Assembly (NCBI GenBank): GCA_902614395.1
Contig: CACMKW010000002.1
Coordinates: 3,356 to 67,355 of the forward strand
Reading direction: 5' to 3'
Source: an uncultured Alphaproteobacteria bacterium
Lineage (GTDB): Bacteria > Pseudomonadota > Alphaproteobacteria > HIMB59 > GCA-002718135
DNA length: 64,000 nucleotides
Each line of letters starts with the position of its first letter. Within the stretch, counting starts at the first letter, position 1. Under the pieces are notes generated by a model. It made no database searches. It worked only from the letters and a program-made list of their open reading frames with translations, and was not told the origin of the DNA. Made by a program: the position numbers and the translations under genes. Positions 18,536 to 27,878 of the stretch are shown here, piece after piece.

Positions 18536-20038
18536 ATGAAATCAATAAATAATCAAAATACAATTAACTTATTCTTTATTTTTATTTTTAATATTATATT
18601 TCATTTTATTCCATTTGAAAGATCAATTATTTCACCTGATACGTTTTCTTTTTTTAGTAATGAAAAACTTGGCATATTAAATTTTTTATATAATCCAGAT
18701 AGACCCATTGAATTTATTATTCATGAGTTAGAATATTATTTTTTAAACTATAATTTTAATTATCATTTTTATTATTTAATTTTTTCAACAATATTCTTAA
18801 ATGTAATTATTTATTTTTTTTTTGAAAATTTCTTTAAAAAAGATCAATCACTTTTATTATCTTTGCTATTTTCAATATTGCCTTTTAAAATAGAGATATA
18901 TCACTCTTCTATATATGCTTGGATAAATATTATAGAATCTATCTATATTTTAAGTATTCTACTATTTATTAAATATACAAAAAATAAAGTAAATTTATTT
19001 TATATTATTTCAATTTTTTTATTTTTTATTTCTGTATTGGGTCGTGAAAGTGGTATTTTTTTACCCATAGCATTATTTATATTTATTATATTATTTATAA
19101 AACCAATTAATATTTTTAGTTCATTTATTTTAATCATTCCTTATATTTCAATCATTCTATTTAGTTTTATACTAAGAATTACAGGTGGTTTTTTTCATAC
19201 AGATAATATGGGAAGAAATATTGATATTCAAAATATACCCTCAGGTTTCTATGATATTTTTAATATTTTTTTAGGTAGATATTTGTTTAAAAATATTATT
19301 TATGGATTGTATCAATTTATTAATATTCCTTATTTCTTAATATTAATTTTTTTACTAATAAATATATTAATAATTATATTGTTCTCATTTAAATATTTAA
19401 AATTAAACTCATTAAAAATAGATTTTAACAAAAAAATTTTTATGTTTTTTTTATCAATATTTATTTTATCTTTAATACCTAACCTTATTGCAGGTAGCAT
19501 TGGTGGAAGAAATACAATCATTGCTTCACTTTTTATTTCTTTAGTTTTTCTTTACTTAATTAAATATCTAAATAAATATATTAGTATAATAATAATTTTT
19601 ATAACAATTATTATAAATCAAGGTAATGCATATACACATGTACTTTCATTAAGATTGGCTTCAAGTGTATACAGTTACCTTGATGCAAATCAAAAAATTT
19701 TAAATAATTATGATAATATTGTTATTGATACTAATGATTTTTCAAAAAATATAGAATTTACATTAGTGACAAATAAATACAATGTATTGAATACATATTA
19801 TGGTGCACAAACATTTGAAGATTGGGGTTTAGACGCAATGGTTAATTTAAATCTTGATCAAAAAAATACTTATATTTCTTCTGGAGGTATTAAAAAAACT
19901 GATACTTTTCATAAAATATTAATTTATCAAAAAATCGGTTATAATAAATTTACTGAAAAAGAAATACTTTTGCCCGTTGATAATACATTTATAATAAATT
20001 ATGAGAAAGTTTTTAAAAATAATTTAGAAAAAAGGTAA
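18536..20038 (+). CDS. Polytopic membrane protein (second GT-C-like candidate, or polymerase/ligase-like)
   Basis: 500 aa, about 11 hydrophobic segments followed by a C-terminal soluble domain of about 130 aa. No diagnostic motif recognised. Confidence 0.45.
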   Translation: MKSINNQNTINLFFIFIFNIIFHFIPFERSIISPDTFSFFSNEKLGILNFLYNPDRPIEFIIHELEYYFLNYNFNYHFYYLIFSTIFLNVIIYFFFENFFKKDQSLLLSLLFSILPFKIEIYHSSIYAWINIIESIYILSILLFIKYTKNKVNLFYIISIFLFFISVLGRESGIFLPIALFIFIILFIKPINIFSSFILIIPYISIILFSFILRITGGFFHTDNMGRNIDIQNIPSGFYDIFNIFLGRYLFKNIIYGLYQFINIPYFLILIFLLINILIIILFSFKYLKLNSLKIDFNKKIFMFFLSIFILSLIPNLIAGSIGGRNTIIASLFISLVFLYLIKYLNKYISIIIIFITIIINQGNAYTHVLSLRLASSVYSYLDANQKILNNYDNIVIDTNDFSKNIEFTLVTNKYNVLNTYYGAQTFEDWGLDAMVNLNLDQKNTYISSGGIKKTDTFHKILIYQKIGYNKFTEKEILLPVDNTFIINYEKVFKNNLEKR

Positions 20039-20046
20039 TTACTTAA

Positions 20047-21036
20047 ATGATTAATGATAAGTTTTTAAAAGATAATTATATTTATTATGCTGATGTTGGT
20101 GCAAAAGGAGGCGCTAATCCAAAATGGATTAATGAAACTAAATATTTCTTTTCTATATTATTTGAGCCTAATCCTTCATCATATAAAAAACTTTTAGAAA
20201 ATAAAAAATCTAATGAAATAATTCTAAATACTGCACTTTCAGATAAAAAAGAAAATATTTCGTTGAACATTTGTAAAAGTGATGGTGCGTCATCTATATT
20301 TTATCCAAATTATGATTTATTAAATTTATATTATAATTCAGATAGGTTTAAAATTAAAAATACATCTACAATAAAGGCTGATACTCTTGATAATCAATTA
20401 AAAATAAATCAAATTGAAGATATTGATTTTTTAAAAATTGATGTTCAAGGTTATGAATTAAATGTTTTAAAAGGGTCTATAAATTCATTAAAATCTATAA
20501 TTGGATTAGAAATTGAATGTGAGATTTCAGAGATGTATCTTAATCAACCTTTATTTGATCATGTATTTCAATTTGTTAAAAAATATGAATTTCAATTATT
20601 TGACTTAAAGCGGTATTATTGGAAGAGGAAAATTGGAAAAGAAAGTAACCATAAAAAAGGACAAATTATATTTGTTGATACTCTTTTTTTAAAACAACCT
20701 GAATATATTATAAAAGAACATAGTAATGATACTAAAAAATTAATAAAGGCATTTTATATATATTTGTATTATGGCTATTCAGATCTTTCATTAATATTAT
20801 TGAATTACTTTCAAAATAATAAAATTATTAATAATGATCAAATTAATATTTTAAAAGTTAATTTAATTAATGCTAACAAAAATTACTTTACTTTACCTAA
20901 TTTTTTTGGAAAAAATTTATTTAAAAAAATATTTAAAACTTTGTTTATGATATTTTCTGATAAAAATTATTATCTCAAAACTCTTGAGTGGAAAAAAAAC
21001 CATTTTTTAGGTAATGATCATGATTTAGGAAATTAA
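20047..21036 (+). CDS. FkbM family methyltransferase
   Basis: ADVGAKGG, LFEPNP and FLKIDVQGYELNVLKG. Confidence 0.75.
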   Translation: MINDKFLKDNYIYYADVGAKGGANPKWINETKYFFSILFEPNPSSYKKLLENKKSNEIILNTALSDKKENISLNICKSDGASSIFYPNYDLLNLYYNSDRFKIKNTSTIKADTLDNQLKINQIEDIDFLKIDVQGYELNVLKGSINSLKSIIGLEIECEISEMYLNQPLFDHVFQFVKKYEFQLFDLKRYYWKRKIGKESNHKKGQIIFVDTLFLKQPEYIIKEHSNDTKKLIKAFYIYLYYGYSDLSLILLNYFQNNKIINNDQINILKVNLINANKNYFTLPNFFGKNLFKKIFKTLFMIFSDKNYYLKTLEWKKNHFLGNDHDLGN

Positions 21037-21043
21037 TTTAAAA

Positions 21044-21931
21044 GTGAATAAAGAAATCCAAATTTCTATAATTATTCCAACTTATAATAGAAAAGAAAAA
21101 GTATGTAATCTAATTAATAGCTTATTACTTCAAATTAATAAAAATTTTGAAATTATAATTGTAGATGATGGAAGTACTGATAACACTTATGATGCATTAC
21201 GTGTTTATAGTAATCATAATAATATTTCATCCTATAGGATTTTAAATTCTGAGAGAGGAGCAGCAAGGAATTATGGTGCATCTTTAGCAAGAGGAAAATA
21301 TCTAAATTTTTTTGATTCGGATGATATAGCGTTAGAAAATCATACTAAGATTGCTTCATCTAAAATATTAGAATTAAATAATCCTCCATTATTTAATCTT
21401 TCATACGCTTATAAGTTTGATAATAAAATTAAAAACATAATTCTATCTGGCAAAATTAATAATAAAATTTTTTCTAACAATATAGTTAGCTGCAATGGTA
21501 TATTTATTAGAAAAGATATATTTGAAAAAAATAAATTTTCTGAAAATAGAGACTTATCTGGATCAGAAGATTGGCATCTCTGGATAAGATTAGCTAGTCA
21601 ATATGAAATTTTTTCTTTTAAAGAAATTACGACTTATATAATTGATAATGAAAACCGAAGTATGAAAACACAATCACTTAAGCAAGTAAAAAAAAGGATA
21701 GATATATTATTAAAATATGTAAATAATGATTTAAAAAAAAATATTAAATTTATAAATTTATGTAAAATTAATTCCGAATTGTATTCATTTATATCGATGA
21801 CAGCAAGTTTTTACAAAAATGAAAAATTGATATCTTTTAAATATCTAGTTAAAGCAATTTTTTCTTATCCATTGATTTTATTTAGTAGACGATCAATAGT
21901 TTTATATTATAGATTATTTTTTAGATGGTAA
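21044..21931 (+). CDS. GT2 family glycosyltransferase
   Basis: ISIIIPTYNRKE, IIIVDDGSTDNT, FFDSDD. GTG start. Confidence 0.85.
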   Translation: MNKEIQISIIIPTYNRKEKVCNLINSLLLQINKNFEIIIVDDGSTDNTYDALRVYSNHNNISSYRILNSERGAARNYGASLARGKYLNFFDSDDIALENHTKIASSKILELNNPPLFNLSYAYKFDNKIKNIILSGKINNKIFSNNIVSCNGIFIRKDIFEKNKFSENRDLSGSEDWHLWIRLASQYEIFSFKEITTYIIDNENRSMKTQSLKQVKKRIDILLKYVNNDLKKNIKFINLCKINSELYSFISMTASFYKNEKLISFKYLVKAIFSYPLILFSRRSIVLYYRLFFRW

Positions 21932-22842
21932 ATATTTTATTCACAGGAGGTGCAGGTTTTATTGGTAGCTCAATTATTGATAAGCTTAATAAGAAAAAAT
22001 ATAATATTTATGTAGTTGATAACTTGTTAACTGGTAAATATAAAAATATTCCTCTAGGTAAAAGGGTAAAATTCTTAAAAATAAATGTTAATGATAAAAA
22101 AAAACTAATCAAATCAACGAATAAATTATCTATTGATTATATTTTTCATTTTGCTGCTTGTGTTGGCGTCAAAAGAACATTAAAAAATCCACTTAAAGTA
22201 TTAGAAGATATTGATGGATTTAAAAATATTTTATATTTAGCAAGATTTAAAAAAGTAAAAAGAGTATTTTTTTCATCATCATCAGAGGTGTATGGGGAAG
22301 GACAAGGATTAGCACAGAATGAAGAAAAAACACCTCTAAATTCAAGACTTCCTTATGCTATTGTCAAAAATGTGGGTGAGTCTTTTTTTAAAACATATAA
22401 AAACGAATATAATATAAATTATACAATTTTTCGTTTGTTTAATACCTATGGCCCTAAACAATCTAGTGATTTTGTTGTTTCACAATTTTTAAAAAATGCT
22501 CTAAAAAATAAAGATATAAATATTTATGGTAATGGACAACAAAGTAGAACCTTTTGTTATATTGATGATACAGTAGAAGCAATTATAAATTGTTTTGAAA
22601 AAAATTATTTTATAAACAGTACAGTAAATATTGGTAATAATAAAGTTACTAAAATTATTGATTTGGCAAAAATAATAAAAAAAATAACTAGATCAAATTC
22701 AAAAATTAAAAAAATAGAACCTTTAAAGGAAGGAGATATGTTGAGAAGAAAACCAGATATAAAAAAAATGAAATCAGTTTTAAACAGAAGATTTACATCT
22801 CTTGAAAAAGGACTTTATAGTATATTAAAAGAATATGAATAA
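21925..22842 (+). CDS. NAD-dependent nucleotide-sugar epimerase/dehydratase (extended SDR)
   Basis: ILFTGGAGFIGSS, SSSSEVYG, catalytic YAIVKNVGE, RLFNTYGP. Confidence 0.85.
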   Translation: MVNILFTGGAGFIGSSIIDKLNKKKYNIYVVDNLLTGKYKNIPLGKRVKFLKINVNDKKKLIKSTNKLSIDYIFHFAACVGVKRTLKNPLKVLEDIDGFKNILYLARFKKVKRVFFSSSSEVYGEGQGLAQNEEKTPLNSRLPYAIVKNVGESFFKTYKNEYNINYTIFRLFNTYGPKQSSDFVVSQFLKNALKNKDINIYGNGQQSRTFCYIDDTVEAIINCFEKNYFINSTVNIGNNKVTKIIDLAKIIKKITRSNSKIKKIEPLKEGDMLRRKPDIKKMKSVLNRRFTSLEKGLYSILKEYE

Positions 22843-23788
22843 ATTTAATAAATATAAAATAAGAATTATAATTCCAGTTTTTAATGATAATATTTCTTTA
22901 AATATTTTAATAAAAAATATTTATGAACAGGCTGATAAACACGATTATTTTTTTGAAATATTAATTATAGATGATAATTCTAATAAAGAAATTTTTATAA
23001 AATCTGCATCTTCATACAATGACAGGTTGCATATAAATATATTAAAAAATAAACAAAATTTAGGACATCAAAAGTCTATTTTTATGGGCTTAAATTATAC
23101 TCTAACAAATCCAATTGATAAAATCATAGTTATGGATTCTGATGGAGAAGATAATCCTAGCTATTTGCACAAACTTATAGAAGAAAATTTAAATATAAAA
23201 TCAAATATTGTAGCTAAACGTATAAAAAGAAAAGAGAGCTTAATTTTTATTTTGTTTTATTCAATATATAAATTGATATTTTCCATGTTAACAGGTTATA
23301 ATTTAAATTTTGGAAATTTTTCAATTATTAATTTCGATTCTGTTCAAAAAATTTTAAATGTAGAAAATAATTTCAATCATTACTCAGCTTCACTTTTAAA
23401 AGTAGATAAAAATATACACAAAATACCGATTCCAAAAAATAATAGATATGAAGGTAAATCAAAAATGAGTTTTATTAGATTAATTACCCATGGTTTAGAT
23501 GCAATATCTATTTTCAGAAAAGAAGCGATTATAAGAGTTATAATCTTTTCTATAATAAGTGAAATAATATTGTTATTAATTGCTCTAATTATTTTTTATA
23601 TGAGATTTTTTAGTAGTTTATTAATAACTGGACAAACAACTACAGTACTTTTCTTTTTGATAGTCATAGGTTTTGTGTTTATTGTTTTATGTTTAATGCT
23701 TTCACTTTCTTTAAACTTTAATATTAATCCAGATATAAATAATAAAATATATAAAAATTATTTAGATAAGATAAAGAAGGTAATTTAA
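22835..23788 (+). CDS. GT2 polyprenyl-phosphate glycosyltransferase with two C-terminal TM helices (GtrB/ArnC-like)
   Basis: IIIPVFNDN, ILIIDDNSNKE, VMDSDGEDNP, then the hydrophobic segments VIIFSIISEIILLLIALIIFY and TTTVLFFLIVIGFVFIVLCLMLSL. Confidence 0.8.
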   Translation: MNKFNKYKIRIIIPVFNDNISLNILIKNIYEQADKHDYFFEILIIDDNSNKEIFIKSASSYNDRLHINILKNKQNLGHQKSIFMGLNYTLTNPIDKIIVMDSDGEDNPSYLHKLIEENLNIKSNIVAKRIKRKESLIFILFYSIYKLIFSMLTGYNLNFGNFSIINFDSVQKILNVENNFNHYSASLLKVDKNIHKIPIPKNNRYEGKSKMSFIRLITHGLDAISIFRKEAIIRVIIFSIISEIILLLIALIIFYMRFFSSLLITGQTTTVLFFLIVIGFVFIVLCLMLSLSLNFNINPDINNKIYKNYLDKIKKVI

Positions 23789-24666
23789 ATTTTAGTTTGA
23801 AAAATATTATTTTTTCTATCATTATTTATTAATTTAAACTTATTATTCTTTAAAAGTTTTACAATACTTTTATTTGAAATTGGTTTATCATATTTTGCAA
23901 ATAATCCATCAAGTGTATCTAAGACTGACCATTTTTCATGCATTTTTTTTGATAATTCTAATTTTCCTTCATAACTCCATATCGGAATAAAAATATCAGA
24001 AATAAAATATGAATTTAAAAATAATCTTCTAACAAAATTTTTTACTTTTAAAAGCCAACTTATGTTTTTAATTAAAAATTTTTTTACACTTTCGTAAGTA
24101 AAAAAAAATTTAAATAAAGGTCGCCAGATTAAGTATTTGGGGTGAAAATATCCTAATTTTGGCATTTTATATACATCAAAAAAAACAAATCCCTTAGGAT
24201 CAACAAAAGAGTGGATTTTTTTGATAGTTTCTTTTGGGTTTGGTGTATGTTGTATCACACCTCTACAAATAACGATATCAAACTTAGTTTTAAAATCCAG
24301 ATTCATCAAATCAGATTTAATTAAAATTAAATTTTTATTTTTCTTTGACACATTGTAAAATATAGCTGAGGATAGATCAACAGATACACATAATTTACTA
24401 GATTTCACTAAGTACTCTGTAAATCTCCCAGCACCACATCCTATTTCTAAAATAGTTTTGTCGTTAAGTATACTCATTTGATTAAATAAAATTCTATTTA
24501 AAAACTTAAATGATATGTTATTTTTATTTAAACTATCAATTTGAACATTTTGAAAATCTTTCCATTGCTTTCCAAAATTTGACGTATAATTGTCACTCTT
24601 ATCAAAAATATATACACCTTCTTTAAGTATAAAATTTTTTTTAGAAAATAAATTATTAATCTCCAT
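23785..24666 (-). CDS. Class I SAM-dependent methyltransferase
   Basis: ILEIGCGAGRFTEYL motif I and DIVICRGVIQH. It is the only minus-strand gene in the island, and its stop overlaps the upstream gene's stop (TTAA). Confidence 0.75.
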   Translation of the reverse strand: MEINNLFSKKNFILKEGVYIFDKSDNYTSNFGKQWKDFQNVQIDSLNKNNISFKFLNRILFNQMSILNDKTILEIGCGAGRFTEYLVKSSKLCVSVDLSSAIFYNVSKKNKNLILIKSDLMNLDFKTKFDIVICRGVIQHTPNPKETIKKIHSFVDPKGFVFFDVYKMPKLGYFHPKYLIWRPLFKFFFTYESVKKFLIKNISWLLKVKNFVRRLFLNSYFISDIFIPIWSYEGKLELSKKMHEKWSVLDTLDGLFAKYDKPISNKSIVKLLKNNKFKLINNDRKNNIFQTKI

Positions 24667-24714
24667 TTTATTGATAGATAGTATATAATTAATAAATCTA
24701 ATAATAGTAATAAA

Positions 24715-26685
24715 ATGTGTGGAATTTTCGGAATTATTTTTAAAAATAAAAATTTATATAATCAAAATAATCTTGTCAATTCACTTAATTTATTAAAAAA
24801 TAGAGGCCCAGACTCACAAAATTATATAGAATACGAAAATAGTAATTATAAATATTTTTTTGGTCACACAAGATTATCTATTTTAGATACATCATCTTCA
24901 GGTAATCAACCTATGTATTCAAATTCAAAAAGATATTTAATAATATTTAATGGAGAAATTTATAATCATTTAGAAATAAGAAATTTGATAAATAAAAAAA
25001 TAAAGATTTTTTGGAAATCTAATTCAGATACTGAAACATTAATTAATTTCATAGAAAATTTTGAAATAGATTATGTACTTAAAAATATTTCTGGCATGTT
25101 TGCATTTGTTGTTTATGATTTTAAAGATGACAAATTATATCTTGCAAGGGATATTGCTGGTGAAAAACCATTATATATAACGGGTAACGAAGAATATTTA
25201 GCTTTTTCATCAGATTTAAAACCTTTTAAAAATTTAAATTTTTATAAAAAGGATATAAATAAAATTGCTTTAAAAAGTTACTTAAAATATAATTATATTC
25301 CTGCACCAATTACTATATTTGAAAATACTTTCAAAATTAAAAGTGCATCAGTAATAGACATAAATTTAAAGAAATATAATTTTAAAACTATTCAATCATA
25401 TCAAAGTATTTTAGATGATAAACACATCAAAACTAAAAAATGGTGGACTTTAAACACTGCTTCAAAACAAAAAATAGAAATAAATAATCAAAAACAAATT
25501 TTTGATAAAATTGAAAATCTATTAGAAAAATCAACTAAAGAGCAATTAATATCTGATGTGCCTATTGGAGTTTTTCTTTCAGGAGGAGTTGACTCATCTC
25601 TTATATTATCTCAAATTGTTAAAAATAAATCAAATGTAGATACATTCAATATAGGATTTGATTTTAAAGAATATGATGAGTCTGAAGATGCAAATAAAAT
25701 TGCAAGAATATTTAAAACTAATCATAATCATTATGTATGTAACAAAAATGAAGCAATTAGTATGATTGACAAAATTAATGATGCATTTTCAGAACCATTT
25801 GCTGACTCATCTCAAATTCCAACAATGCTAGTTTCACAAATTGCGAGAAAAAAAGTTAAAGTTATTTTAGGTGGAGATGGGGGTGATGAAATATTTGGCG
25901 GTTATAACAGATACCTTTTGGCTAATAAGTATTGGAAATATTTAAAGTATTTTCCAAAACCATTTAATTTAATATTTAGGGCTCACAAAATACTTCCAAA
26001 AAATTTAATTTTTAAAATATTTGATAATTATTTCAATCTTAGTAGTTTTTCCAAAAATAAAATTAGTTCCTATAATAAGATTTTAAATAAAATAGAAAAA
26101 ATACATAGTAGACAGTCATTTTACGAAAATTTAATTGAAGAATGGTCAGATGAAAATATTTTAAATGAAAAAATTTCTGATGAAAAAAATCATATTGGTA
26201 TGTATTCAGATAAAAATTTAAATTTTGAAGAATGGATGATGAGTATTGATTTCAATACTTACCTTCCTGATGACATACTATGTAAAGTTGACAGATCTTC
26301 CATGTTATTTTCTTTAGAAGCTAGATCGCCATTTTTAAATAAAGATTTAATTGAATTTGTATATAACCTTCCTTTCGAATTTAAAATAAATAATCAGGTA
26401 ACAAAATGGTCTTCAAAAAAAATATTAGAGAAATATTTACCTAAAGAATTAATTTATAAGTCAAAACAAGGATTTGGTGTACCACTTGCAGAATGGTTTA
26501 GAAATGAATTAAAAGATTACGTTTATGATAATTTATCTAAAAATAGTTGTGATAAACATAATTTATTTAATTATAAAGTTATTCAACAAACCCTAGATAA
26601 TCATTATAATAAAAATATTAATTCTGAATTTAAAATTTGGTCTCTAATTCAATTTAATAGTTGGTACAATAAATTTATCCATTAA
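24715..26685 (+). CDS. asnB: Asparagine synthase (glutamine-hydrolysing) family amidotransferase, glycan-cluster paralog (WbpS-like)
   Basis: N-terminal nucleophile MCGIFGI, the RGPD segment, and the PP-loop FLSGGVDSS. 656 aa. Confidence 0.9.
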   Translation: MCGIFGIIFKNKNLYNQNNLVNSLNLLKNRGPDSQNYIEYENSNYKYFFGHTRLSILDTSSSGNQPMYSNSKRYLIIFNGEIYNHLEIRNLINKKIKIFWKSNSDTETLINFIENFEIDYVLKNISGMFAFVVYDFKDDKLYLARDIAGEKPLYITGNEEYLAFSSDLKPFKNLNFYKKDINKIALKSYLKYNYIPAPITIFENTFKIKSASVIDINLKKYNFKTIQSYQSILDDKHIKTKKWWTLNTASKQKIEINNQKQIFDKIENLLEKSTKEQLISDVPIGVFLSGGVDSSLILSQIVKNKSNVDTFNIGFDFKEYDESEDANKIARIFKTNHNHYVCNKNEAISMIDKINDAFSEPFADSSQIPTMLVSQIARKKVKVILGGDGGDEIFGGYNRYLLANKYWKYLKYFPKPFNLIFRAHKILPKNLIFKIFDNYFNLSSFSKNKISSYNKILNKIEKIHSRQSFYENLIEEWSDENILNEKISDEKNHIGMYSDKNLNFEEWMMSIDFNTYLPDDILCKVDRSSMLFSLEARSPFLNKDLIEFVYNLPFEFKINNQVTKWSSKKILEKYLPKELIYKSKQGFGVPLAEWFRNELKDYVYDNLSKNSCDKHNLFNYKVIQQTLDNHYNKNINSEFKIWSLIQFNSWYNKFIH

Positions 26686-27878
26686 TGAGTTACCCAAAAA
26701 AAATTATTTATATTACATATGATAGCGTTTTAGAGCCATTAGGACAGTCACAAGTTTTAAAATATATTTCAAAATCTAATTATAATAAAAACATTTTATT
26801 GCTTAGTTTTGAAAAAGAAAAAAATTTCTTTAATAAAAAAAATCTTAAATATACAAAAGATATTATCAATGATGCAAATATTAAATGGGAATATTTTTTT
26901 TATAGTAATAAATTTTGGATTTTATCTAAAATAATTGATGTTTTGAAAATAATTTTTTTTATTTTTAAAAAAAAAATAAAACATAAGGTAAAAGTAATTC
27001 ACGCAAGAAGTTATTTGCCAGGATTTGCTGTCTACATAAGTAAATTTTTTATTAATACAAAATTTATCTTTGATATGCGTGGATTTTGGATAGATGAAAG
27101 ATTTGAATGGAGTATTTGGTCAAATAAAAATATATTTAATTTTAAAATTTTAAAACAAATTGAAAAAAAAATTATTAAATCTTCAACTAAAATCGTTGTT
27201 TTGTCAAAAGATGCAAAAGAAATACTAACTAATAAATTTAAATACGATTTAAAAAATATAAGTGTAATCCCCACATGTGCGGATGAAAATCAATTCAATA
27301 TATCAAAAAAAAAATATTGGCGTAATGAACTTAATATTTGTCATTTAGGTACTATTGGTACAAGATATAATATCGATCTAACTCTTAAGTTTTATAAATT
27401 ACTAAATAAACATATAAAAACAAAAATATTATTTATTAATGATAAAGAAAAAACATTTATTAAAAATAATTGTGAAAAATATAGAATAAATAAAACGAAT
27501 TATGAAATAAAAAATATAAAATATTATGATGTTCATAATACTATAAATAATTTTGATTTTTCAGTTTTTTTCCCAAAAAAAGGATATTTTATTAATGGTT
27601 TTTTTCCAACAAAAATTGCAGAGTCATTATTATCAGGTGTTCCAATTATTACATCAAAAATTAATAATGATCTTGATAAAAGAATATCAAAAAATAATAT
27701 AGGTATTCAAATTGATCAAATAAATGAAGAAAATATTATACGAATAATGGATAATATAAATAATTTCAAAAAAAATAATTACAAAATCAAATTAAGAGAT
27801 TACGCTCTCAAGAATTTATCATTAGTTTTTGCAAAGTCTAAATATGATATAATTTATAATTTATTGTTAGAGAAATGA
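26685..27878 (+). CDS. GT-B fold glycosyltransferase (GT4-like)
   Basis: 397 aa. IIYITYDSVLEPLGQSQVL N-terminus and the C-terminal FPTKIAESLLSGVPIITS acceptor/donor loop pattern of group-1 glycosyltransferases. Confidence 0.65.
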   Translation: MSYPKKIIYITYDSVLEPLGQSQVLKYISKSNYNKNILLLSFEKEKNFFNKKNLKYTKDIINDANIKWEYFFYSNKFWILSKIIDVLKIIFFIFKKKIKHKVKVIHARSYLPGFAVYISKFFINTKFIFDMRGFWIDERFEWSIWSNKNIFNFKILKQIEKKIIKSSTKIVVLSKDAKEILTNKFKYDLKNISVIPTCADENQFNISKKKYWRNELNICHLGTIGTRYNIDLTLKFYKLLNKHIKTKILFINDKEKTFIKNNCEKYRINKTNYEIKNIKYYDVHNTINNFDFSVFFPKKGYFINGFFPTKIAESLLSGVPIITSKINNDLDKRISKNNIGIQIDQINEENIIRIMDNINNFKKNNYKIKLRDYALKNLSLVFAKSKYDIIYNLLLEK

